This document shows, piece by piece, positions 1 to 7,195 of a stretch of DNA of 54,488 nucleotides. The notes under the pieces were generated by a model, which ran no database searches, was not told where the DNA came from, and worked only from the letters and a program-made list of their open reading frames with translations. Numbering within the stretch: position 1 is the first letter of the stretch; the number at the start of each line of letters is the position of its first letter. The stretch is from a virus (lineage: Duplodnaviria > Caudoviricetes), in IMG/VR virus record IMGVR_UViG_3300003324_000108, positions 1 to 54,488 of that record. One strand, 5' to 3'. The position numbers and the translations under genes were made by a program.

Positions 1-210
1 GCGGGCAACGTGTCCACACCATGCGCCACCGAAGACTCCACGTGGTGCACGTGGCACGCCGACACGCAGGGCAATGGGCAGGGTCGATCCTTCGTCACAT
101 TGTGGGACGGGGCGACGATCTACCTCCCGTAGGGACAGGGCCCTTTCCGGGCCCCGATCCCGACACGACATACGCGGCTAGGCGCGTCAATACCTACGCG
201 ATTGCACAAT

Positions 211-247
211 GACAATTCCATAGCGATTTAGATAGATCCTCGGTGTC
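211..247. repeat. left copy of 37-bp inverted repeat flanking gene 1
   Basis: GACAATTCCATAGCGATTTAGATAGATCCTCGGTGTC matches the reverse complement of 1121-1157 at 32/37 positions (manual alignment). Confidence 0.9.
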
Positions 248-326
248 TGCACAACCGAATATCGGCAACACCTGTTCACACACATCACACAATGACACGC
301 AAAATGCGTGCGGAAGGAGGGACATT

Positions 327-1094
327 ATGTCCACCAAGCAGAACACCAAGACCATTTCCCGCGAGGCCCTCGCCGACACGTCGAACGAGGAGCTGGCGCG
401 TAGCGTCGCCGCCGAACTCGTCGCATCGTTCTCGGCTGGGAACATGTCGGCGAAGGAGCGCACGTTCGAGCAGGCGCGTATCGCCTACGCGGGCAACCAG
501 TCCGGCGCAACCGACGCCGACGTGGCGCGGGAGACGACCGTCGCGCTGGCCGCGACGTTCCCGAAGGCCCAGCAGGAATGGGCGCGGGAGACCAGCGTCA
601 GCAAGGGCGGGGCCTCCGTAACCCGCGTGACGATCACCCAGCGCCGCACGGCGTGGAGCGACGTCACCGATGCGGGCATGACGCCGACGCTGGAGGCTGT
701 CGCCGCCGCGTTCGCGCTCACCAGCGCCGGGGCGAAGGGTCTCGCCGAACTCCGCAAGGAGCTCATCGAAGACACGAAGAAGCAGGCGAAGGCGCGTCGT
801 GAGGCGTTCTACGTCAAGCAGTCCTTCGAGCGCTTCCAGGAGCTGGTCGCGAAGAACAAGGCAGCGTCGAAGCGCGCCGAGAACGCCGCGACCGCGTCGG
901 CTGACGAGAAGGCCGAGTCCGTCTCGTTCGAGGTCACCCTCGACACTGTGGAGGACATCGCCGCCTACGTGGCCGCCACCGTGGCGCGTCGCTGGTCGGA
1001 GGACGAGGCTGCTCGCCTCGCCGTCATCTTCACCGATGCGACGGAGCGCCTGACCGGTTTCGTCGCGGACGAGGCCGAGGAGGACGCCGCCTGA
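327..1094 (+). CDS. hypothetical Ala-rich helical protein (gene 1)
   Basis: ORF 243..1094; start chosen at ATG 327 after strong RBS GGAAGGAGG; ends in hairpin GCCGCCT-GAC-AGGCGGC (1086-1102). Confidence 0.85.
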   Translation: MSTKQNTKTISREALADTSNEELARSVAAELVASFSAGNMSAKERTFEQARIAYAGNQSGATDADVARETTVALAATFPKAQQEWARETSVSKGGASVTRVTITQRRTAWSDVTDAGMTPTLEAVAAAFALTSAGAKGLAELRKELIEDTKKQAKARREAFYVKQSFERFQELVAKNKAASKRAENAATASADEKAESVSFEVTLDTVEDIAAYVAATVARRWSEDEAARLAVIFTDATERLTGFVADEAEEDAA

Positions 1095-1120
1095 CAGGCG
1101 GCTGTCCCCCACCACACACG

Positions 1121-1157
1121 GGCACCGAGGATCTATCTAGACCGCTATGGGATTGAC
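1121..1157. repeat. right copy of 37-bp inverted repeat flanking gene 1
   Basis: GGCACCGAGGATCTATCTAGACCGCTATGGGATTGAC; its outer end is the -35 hexamer of the next promoter. Confidence 0.9.
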
Positions 1158-1182
1158 TCCAGGATGCACTACCGTATAGCAT
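1153..1182 (+). promoter_or_regulatory. SigA-like early promoter overlapped by palindromic operator copy 1 (1164-1182)
   Basis: TTGACT-18bp-TAGCAT; operator ATGCACTAC-C-GTATAGCAT. Confidence 0.75.
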
Positions 1183-1194
1183 CCTGAGGGAAAC

Positions 1195-1221
1195 ACAAGG
1201 GAAGGGAAGGCCCACATCATG
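1195..1221 (+). repeat. start-associated motif ACAAGGGAAGGGAAGGCCCACATCATG (other copies 1799-1814, 2085-2110, 2791-2810)
   Basis: near-identical extended purine tract plus ATCATG immediately before four early start codons. Confidence 0.85.
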
Positions 1222-1689
1222 ACCACCACACTGCACGGCACGGCTCCGGAGATCCTCCGCATCCCCGCCGATATTCACGCCAAGGCGCTCGCGGCGAACC
1301 TCGTCGCCGAAGTCCGCGCGCACCAGCCTGCAGGGCACGAGTACAGCGGGTACTTCACGTACACGCTCTCGAAGGTCGCAATCGTCGCAGGAGCGCCGGA
1401 CCTGATTTCCATGGTCCGCGGCGTTGTGTCCTCACAGGAGCGCGCCTGGAGCGCCATGCGCGAGGCGCTGGATGGGCTGTTCCCGAGGGCGGAGCGCCTG
1501 CAATGCGACCATGACCGCGCATGCAGGGAGCTGGTCGGCCACATTGACGACAGCGGGTATGTCTACTGCCTGCGTCACGGGCTGGACCGCGCACGCATGG
1601 GACACCGCACGCGCCTGCTGTCCGCCGCTGAGGCGGAGCACATCATGATGGGCGGGACTATCGCCTTCGACGCCCCGGAGGGCCTCTAG
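1219..1689 (+). CDS. hypothetical protein with C-terminal Cys/His cluster
   Basis: ORF with start-associated motif; CDHDRAC...YCLRH. Confidence 0.8.
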   Translation: MTTTLHGTAPEILRIPADIHAKALAANLVAEVRAHQPAGHEYSGYFTYTLSKVAIVAGAPDLISMVRGVVSSQERAWSAMREALDGLFPRAERLQCDHDRACRELVGHIDDSGYVYCLRHGLDRARMGHRTRLLSAAEAEHIMMGGTIAFDAPEGL

Positions 1690-1811
1690 GCGGGCTGGGA
1701 ATGGCTGGTGTGCGTGTTCGTCATCACACACCTGCCTCTCGCGGTCGGCATGGCCGCTGTCCTACGCGGGCAGCTGGCTGACAAACGATCATCACTCAGG
1801 AAGGGAAGATC

Positions 1812-2066
1812 ATGAGTGCAATCACCGTTCAGCGCGTTGTGCGCACGCTCCCCAGCCGCTGGGTTGCGACCGTCGTCTTCGACCGCGGGAACGCCGTCTG
1901 GACAGAGCGCGTCGCGTTCAGCCGCACGCTCACCGGGGACCGGACCATGATCGTCAGCGTCACCGATGACGACTATCCAGACGACCGCCAGGAGCGGCTG
2001 TTCGTCAACTCCAGGCGTGACATGCGCCAGCTGATCCGCGACTACCTGATCGCCGGACGCTGGTGA
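1812..2066 (+). CDS. hypothetical protein
   Basis: ORF preceded by GGAAGGGAAGATC. Confidence 0.8.
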   Translation: MSAITVQRVVRTLPSRWVATVVFDRGNAVWTERVAFSRTLTGDRTMIVSVTDDDYPDDRQERLFVNSRRDMRQLIRDYLIAGRW

Positions 2067-2107
2067 CAGGGACCTGTCAAACAAACAAGGGAAGGGAAGC
2101 CCACATC

Positions 2108-2617
2108 ATGGGAAAGGCAATCAAACTGGGCCGTACGATGCACGGGGAGACCGTGTTCGTGGAGATCCGTATCGACCAGCCGCGCGATGGACGCGAGGTG
2201 CAGTACGTCGATCACACGTTCGCCAAGCCGCCTGTCGAAGTCGGAATCCAGTTCACGGTCATCGGCAAGGGTGCACCCAACCTCCCGCTCAACGAGACCC
2301 CCGATGGATGGTGGCGTCAGAGTGGGCAGGTGCCTCCGGAGGACCGTGTCATCGTCACCGAAAAGCATCCTGACCTGGACTTCATCGAGGAGGTCTGGGA
2401 CAGGTATCACCTGAACACGATGCGCGCCGGGTGCGAGCACATGACCGAGGAGATGCTGGCCCGTCGCGAGGGTGAAAACACCCACGACTGGCAGACCCGC
2501 ATGCTGGGCGAGTGCAAGTGCCCTGTCACCGGGTACACCTGGGGCCACGCCTGGCTCGCGACCCACGTGCCCGACGAGGTCATCGAACGGCTCACCCAGA
2601 TCGTGCAGGGCGCGTGA
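2108..2617 (+). CDS. hypothetical protein (YHLNTMRAGCEHM...CPVTGYTWGHAWL)
   Basis: ORF 2063..2617; start at ATG 2108 after start-associated motif. Confidence 0.8.
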   Translation: MGKAIKLGRTMHGETVFVEIRIDQPRDGREVQYVDHTFAKPPVEVGIQFTVIGKGAPNLPLNETPDGWWRQSGQVPPEDRVIVTEKHPDLDFIEEVWDRYHLNTMRAGCEHMTEEMLARREGENTHDWQTRMLGECKCPVTGYTWGHAWLATHVPDEVIERLTQIVQGA

Positions 2618-2718
2618 TGGGGCCGCGTAAGCGCAGGGTCCACTGGGATCTCGTACTCGTCGCCCTGGTCACTGGCGTCGCCGCCAGTGCCATGCTCACC
2701 TGGGGTTTCGGTCAATGA
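2617..2718 (+). CDS. small membrane protein
   Basis: TGATG coupling; basic N-terminus plus one hydrophobic helix. Confidence 0.65.
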   Translation: MGPRKRRVHWDLVLVALVTGVAASAMLTWGFGQ

Positions 2719-2740
2719 AAATCCCAGGTGAGCACATGAT

Positions 2741-2777
2741 TTGACTGCTAGTCAAGTCGTGTACTACCGTAGTGCAT
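2741..2777 (+). promoter_or_regulatory. promoter-like region with operator copy 2 (2759-2777)
   Basis: TTGACT inside palindrome TTGACT-GCT-AGTCAA; operator GTGTACTAC-C-GTAGTGCAT; -10 hexamer unclear. Confidence 0.65.
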
Positions 2778-2807
2778 CATCCAAAATTCCAAGGGAAGGA
2801 AATCATC

Positions 2808-3020
2808 ATGGCAATCACGGTCAGCTCTTTCGATCTGCCCCAGGCGGTCGGTGTCACGGTCGTCTCCAGCGACAATCGCGAGCGTGTCGACTACCTCCTG
2901 GGCATCGCGCAGAAGGAGGAGAACGGTCCCTACACAGTCGAGGTGATGAAGGTCGGCTGGGTCAAGGGCGAGCGGGACGAGGGGGAGATCCTGCTCTCGG
3001 TCCCCGTGGGGGTGCAGTGA
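2808..3020 (+). CDS. hypothetical protein
   Basis: ATG 2808 after AAGGGAAGGA. Confidence 0.8.
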   Translation: MAITVSSFDLPQAVGVTVVSSDNRERVDYLLGIAQKEENGPYTVEVMKVGWVKGERDEGEILLSVPVGVQ

Positions 3021-3340
3021 TGGGCTACTTCGTCCGTCCCCTCAAGCGGGAATCCTCCGCAGGCATCGTCATCCACGCGGAAGACGAACACGACAAGCGC
3101 GCCGAGGCGTACCTGCTCGGCCTGCGCAAAGACGGCGTGGTCGAGCTGATCCGCGTCCCCCTCGGGCAGGCCGAAGCTGAACTCGGCGAGTTCAACAACG
3201 ACGTGGAGATGCTCTTCGAGTACGCCTCGCCGCTCGCGGAGAAGCTGGAGCAGGAAGACAGGGACAGTGACCTGTCGCCCGAGGAGATCCAGAAGGCAAT
3301 CGACGCCATGCTAGCCGGGGAAGAAGGTGGGGGGTCATGA
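3020..3340 (+). CDS. hypothetical acidic protein
   Basis: TGATG coupling; 3' part of ORF 2741..3340. Confidence 0.75.
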   Translation: MGYFVRPLKRESSAGIVIHAEDEHDKRAEAYLLGLRKDGVVELIRVPLGQAEAELGEFNNDVEMLFEYASPLAEKLEQEDRDSDLSPEEIQKAIDAMLAGEEGGGS

Positions 3341-3663
3341 CCGCCTACCGGATCAAGTCCCGCTTCGTGAACATGGAGAAGGCGCACGTCAGCCTGCGCT
3401 CCTACGATGACGGATCCACAGCCCTCGTCGCCGAAGAACTCGTGCAGGAAGACGGCTACACCGAGCTGGATCGGGAGACCCTGAGCGTCAACCTCGGCGC
3501 ATACGGCATGTACCCTCCCCTGGGCCACGTGTACGTGCGCAACTACGCCGAACACGAAGGGCTCCCGCAGGCGCTCGCTGACGCTGGGATCGTGCGGCTC
3601 GTGGAGCCGATCACCTTCGGCCCGTTCAACGTGGCCGGGTATCTCGTGGAGGTGACACTGTGA
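3337..3663 (+). CDS. hypothetical protein, possibly DUF4313-like
   Basis: ATGA coupling; LSVNL...VYVRNYAEHEGLPQALADAGI. Confidence 0.7.
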   Translation: MTAYRIKSRFVNMEKAHVSLRSYDDGSTALVAEELVQEDGYTELDRETLSVNLGAYGMYPPLGHVYVRNYAEHEGLPQALADAGIVRLVEPITFGPFNVAGYLVEVTL

Positions 3664-3995
3664 CCTGGAGCTTCGATCACGTTAGTAGCGAGCACAATCC
3701 CGCAGTGGGCAGGGAAATGCGGATGGACGTAGCCCAGCGTCCCAGTGTCGAACAATTCCTGGCGCTCCCCAATGACACCGAGATCTACGCCGTGGAAATC
3801 GGCCCCTTCGGTCTCGGCGTTTCCATGCAGGGGCTCATCATGAGTGATGCGAACCGGGAATTGTCCCGGGAATGGGCGAAGGAAACGGGAAATGACAGCA
3901 TGCCATTCCAGTTCATGTTCTACCTGCTCCCGGACGGGTATGACATCACCGCAGAAATGCACAACAAAGGAGAGGGAAATGCCGTACCAGACTGA
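3660..3995 (+). CDS. hypothetical protein
   Basis: GTGA coupling. Confidence 0.7.
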   Translation: MTWSFDHVSSEHNPAVGREMRMDVAQRPSVEQFLALPNDTEIYAVEIGPFGLGVSMQGLIMSDANRELSREWAKETGNDSMPFQFMFYLLPDGYDITAEMHNKGEGNAVPD

Positions 3996-4497
3996 GACAC
4001 TCGTGAACCGCAACCAACACCTGGACCCCATCCAGGTGGACATGCAACCCACCCTGGAAAGCGTTCTGGCACTGGAGCCACCGTTCTCCTTTCACCTGAT
4101 CGGCACACTGGATGGGCCGGATGGGAAGTTCGAGCAGGTTCACGTCGGGCTCGGCGTTCGCACGGAGGCTCAGGCCGTGATGTTCCGCGAGAGAATGCGG
4201 ACCTGGCCCGTGCCGTGGGATGTCACCATCGCCTTCTGGTCGAAACTGGCTGACGAGGAGGAGCAGCCGCTGACCCCTGTCGTGGACATTTCCGGACGGC
4301 TCGCTCCGGGGGAGATCGCGGACACAATCATCCAGACCTACCTCGAAACCCAGCGGGAGTACGAGGAGGACATGTCCGTGAAGAAGCAGCTCCAGGAGGC
4401 TATCGACTCCGGGATGCTCAACGCCGACGACCTCCACCAGCTGCTCCGGGATGCGGTGAAGTCGGCACGCACCGGCTGGCAGCGCAAGCCGTTCTAG
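3979..4497 (+). CDS. hypothetical protein
   Basis: ATG 3979 after GGAGAGGG; 3' part of ORF 3844..4497. Confidence 0.75.
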   Translation: MPYQTETLVNRNQHLDPIQVDMQPTLESVLALEPPFSFHLIGTLDGPDGKFEQVHVGLGVRTEAQAVMFRERMRTWPVPWDVTIAFWSKLADEEEQPLTPVVDISGRLAPGEIADTIIQTYLETQREYEEDMSVKKQLQEAIDSGMLNADDLHQLLRDAVKSARTGWQRKPF

Positions 4498-4500
4498 ATC

Positions 4501-4597
4501 CCTGGGTGGGGTGTCAATCCTTCCCTTCCGCACCTCACCCAGGCCACCTGGGACCGCCTTACGGTGCCCCGCAGATGTGTCATCGTGGGGCGGTCCC
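4501..4597 (+). ncRNA. candidate structured RNA: two hairpins, first loop complementary to the early start-associated motif
   Basis: stem CCTGGGTGGGGTG/CACCTCACCCAGG with loop TCAATCCTTCCCTTCCG; second stem GGGACCGCCTTACGGTG/CATCGTGGGGCGGTCCC; mismatches are G-U on the + strand. Confidence 0.55.
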
Positions 4598-4663
4598 CCA
4601 ACATCTTTGATATCCCGTTTTCAGTCAACGAATATCGACAACATCACGGTCGAAAGGACCACC

Positions 4664-5281
4664 ATGACAACCGCAATCGAAAGTTACCTGTCGGCCCTGG
4701 GCTGCGTCATCGAGATCATCGAGTACGAGATCGCTATCGGACGTACCGCATCCCACACGCTGGGAGTCGTCATGCCGAACGACATGGAGAAGGGCTGGAA
4801 CTGGGAGATCTCGTTCGCCATCGGGACGGATACCTTCTACCAGACTCACACTGTCGCCTGCGTTGACGGCATGATTTCCCTTCCCGGACTGGTCCCGATC
4901 CTGGCGAAGAAACAATCCCCGCTGCGACTGAACTCGCTCATCTGCGCATCAATCCTCGGCGTGCAGGAGATCCCCGCACCCAGCCGTCGCGCTATCCGCC
5001 AGGCGGAGCAGGCGGCGGCGCTCATCGTCGCGCAGGAACTCAAAGCCGCGCTGGCTACCGGCAACATCGATGATCGGTTCTTCGCCCGCGAGGACGAGGC
5101 TGAGGTGTGGGACGAGATCGTCACCATGGCGGATATCCCCCACCCTTACGGACGGATGCGGACCAACTCCATCCCCTCGTACCTGCTGTCGGCATTCGAT
5201 GACGTCTACTACGAGGCGGCATCGGAGGCTATCGGTGCCAAGTGCGCCGCGGCTCGTCGCCGTCTGGGGGTGCAGGCGTGA
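4664..5281 (+). CDS. hypothetical protein
   Basis: ATG 4664 after GAAAGGA. Confidence 0.8.
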   Translation: MTTAIESYLSALGCVIEIIEYEIAIGRTASHTLGVVMPNDMEKGWNWEISFAIGTDTFYQTHTVACVDGMISLPGLVPILAKKQSPLRLNSLICASILGVQEIPAPSRRAIRQAEQAAALIVAQELKAALATGNIDDRFFAREDEAEVWDEIVTMADIPHPYGRMRTNSIPSYLLSAFDDVYYEAASEAIGAKCAAARRRLGVQA

Positions 5282-5595
5282 GCAAGTACGACAACATCGC
5301 CACGCTCAAGTCCAACCTCGCATTCCACGAGGAGATGGCCCGGAGGCTTCGGGACAGGCTGGAGCGCACGCTTCCGAAGGAGCCGGAAAAGGGAACTGTC
5401 ATCAAGTTCCTGGTGCAGTTCCCGCCGCGCCCCGTTACCTACCAGTACTGGGCCGCTCGTTTCCATGACAAGCTGTGGACCATCACTGGCAAGGAGGGCG
5501 CGTACACCTGGCCCGAGGTAGTGGCGTTCATGCGCCTGGATGAGGGTATCCAGATGGGCGCGCGCAAGGTCGAGTTCTCGGTGGTGGGGAAATGA
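5278..5595 (+). CDS. hypothetical protein (paralog of 12053..12325)
   Basis: GTGA coupling; GTVIKF...YQYWAAR...WTITG. Confidence 0.75.
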   Translation: MSKYDNIATLKSNLAFHEEMARRLRDRLERTLPKEPEKGTVIKFLVQFPPRPVTYQYWAARFHDKLWTITGKEGAYTWPEVVAFMRLDEGIQMGARKVEFSVVGK

Positions 5596-5981
5596 TCGTC
5601 ACCCGCAGGACCATCGTGAAGGGTGCCGCATGGAGCATCCCGGTCATCATGGCCGCAACCGCCGTACCGCACGCCGCCGCCAGCGCACAGCCGGGGAACG
5701 CATGCCTGCGGTTCATTGGGAGCAACTTCACCCGCGATGGGCTCAAGGTGAAGGTGCAGAACCAGTGCGGCATGATCGCTCGTGACGTGCAGATCATCGT
5801 GTCCTACGAGAACGGACAGGCTGCTGTCGCTCGCGTCTTCCCACAGGGGGAGCTCGACCCTCACGCTCATGCTCCCGCGGAGCACCTGCGCCTGGATGAC
5901 ATTCCCGACGAGATCAGTCAGGTGACTGTCACTGTCAAGGCGGAGAACGCCGATGCTGTGACTGAGGTGTTCACCCGTTGA
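5592..5981 (+). CDS. secreted protein with twin-arginine-type signal peptide
   Basis: N-terminus TRRTIVKGAAWSIPVIMAATAVPHAAAS. Confidence 0.7.
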   Translation: MIVTRRTIVKGAAWSIPVIMAATAVPHAAASAQPGNACLRFIGSNFTRDGLKVKVQNQCGMIARDVQIIVSYENGQAAVARVFPQGELDPHAHAPAEHLRLDDIPDEISQVTVTVKAENADAVTEVFTR

Positions 5982-5993
5982 TCATCCCCCGAT

Positions 5994-6025
5994 TTGACAC
6001 TATGTATTACCGTATGCCATAGTGT
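5994..6025 (+). promoter_or_regulatory. SigA-like promoter with operator copy 3 (6002-6020)
   Basis: TTGACA-18bp-CATAGT; operator ATGTATTAC-C-GTATGCCAT; arms extend to ACACTATG/CATAGTGT. Confidence 0.8.
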
Positions 6026-6057
6026 TATACATCAGGTCGTTCCGATCCGGCCTGGTG

Positions 6058-6103
6058 AAGGACCGCATCGCCTCCCACACACTCGGGCGGTGCGGTCCTT
6101 TTT
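6058..6103 (+). terminator. intrinsic terminator directly downstream of promoter (predicts ~75-nt RNA)
   Basis: 16-bp stem AAGGACCGCATCGCCT/GGGCGGTGCGGTCCTT followed by T-run. Confidence 0.75.
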
Positions 6104-6131
6104 CCTACCCCCGATGAAAGGGCACTGACCA

Positions 6132-6773
6132 ATGTCGGCAGTCATCACCATGCTCCCGAACGACCTCCGGGACATGACGGCAGCTCTTGTCCCGCACGCC
6201 GAGGACCACAGGAAGAGCATCACCCCCATCCTCCAGTGCATCCACATCGACCCCACTAAGGGCAACTACGCCTGGGCCACCAACAGGTACACCGCAGGCC
6301 GGTTGAACCTGCGGGCGTTCGACAAGCTGGTCATGCCCGAGGAGCCCATGCTGATCCCCGCCTACGTGCTGACCATCCTCAGCCGCATCGGACCCGGAAC
6401 CCTGCCCGCACCGTTCGAGCAGTACGTGATCCGCATCGAGGAGACCGCGAAGGGAATCGTCACGCAGTTCGTGTGGGCCTCGGAGGACAAGGAGCTGGAG
6501 GAGGTCCACTGGCAGCGTGTGTTCTTCCTGCACGGCAGGTACGGTGACTTCCCACCCGTCCAGAAGCTGTTCGACAAGTTCCAGGAGACCGAAGTCCCCA
6601 CGAAGATCGCGGTGAACGGTGACGGCTTGGACACCTTCGTCAACTACGCGATGCGTAAGCATCTGCCGGTGCGGTTCACGGCGGACGGTGGCAAGAATAC
6701 GAACCCGATCCTCGTGGAGATCGGCACCGAGTTCCGCGGGCTCATCGCGCCCAGCATTCGAGGTGAGTTCTGA
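6132..6773 (+). CDS. DNA polymerase III beta-clamp-like protein
   Basis: PILQCIHI, WATNRYTAG, FPPVQKLF, FRGLIAP motifs resemble phage sliding-clamp-like proteins. Confidence 0.7.
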   Translation: MSAVITMLPNDLRDMTAALVPHAEDHRKSITPILQCIHIDPTKGNYAWATNRYTAGRLNLRAFDKLVMPEEPMLIPAYVLTILSRIGPGTLPAPFEQYVIRIEETAKGIVTQFVWASEDKELEEVHWQRVFFLHGRYGDFPPVQKLFDKFQETEVPTKIAVNGDGLDTFVNYAMRKHLPVRFTADGGKNTNPILVEIGTEFRGLIAPSIRGEF

Positions 6774-7195
6774 TGCGCGTCACAGTCCGCGGTGAACAGG
6801 TCGAACTGCACGGCACCGCCAGTGCCAACGCGATCTTCGGCGACTTCCCCAAAGCCATGGAACCCTACGGGGTTGTCATCGCCAGCGACGGGTACACGCA
6901 GGAGGAGCTGACAGTCGCCTGTCGCCACGTCCTGGCCGTCATGTTCGGCGACCACGAGGCGGGCGAACAGCCCGGAGGTTTCATCACCTCCCTCATCGAG
7001 ACCATCCTCCGCGCCGATGCATCCAACGCACAGCGCCTCGCCCTCGGCTTCCCCGCGTACACCGCGGCGGTGGAGCTGTACAAGACCGTGCCCTACGGAG
7101 AAGACGCGCTCCGTGTTTGGGCCACACAGACCCCCGCCACCACTCCCGGTGACGGGTCATCCCCGAAAGAAGAGAAAGAAGACAGCAATGGCTGA
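6773..7195 (+). CDS. hypothetical protein
   Basis: TGATG coupling; PGGFITSLIETILRADASN. Confidence 0.75.
   Translation: MRVTVRGEQVELHGTASANAIFGDFPKAMEPYGVVIASDGYTQEELTVACRHVLAVMFGDHEAGEQPGGFITSLIETILRADASNAQRLALGFPAYTAAVELYKTVPYGEDALRVWATQTPATTPGDGSSPKEEKEDSNG

Noticed and set aside
211-1157. Classical IS element
   Set aside because: No DDE, HUH or recombinase motifs recognised in the enclosed ORF and no target-site duplication; kept only as an unexplained inverted-repeat cassette
4490-4517. Minus-strand TTGACA inside the 4501 hairpin as an antisense promoter
   Set aside because: No acceptable -10 at 16-19 bp spacing; cannot be fully excluded
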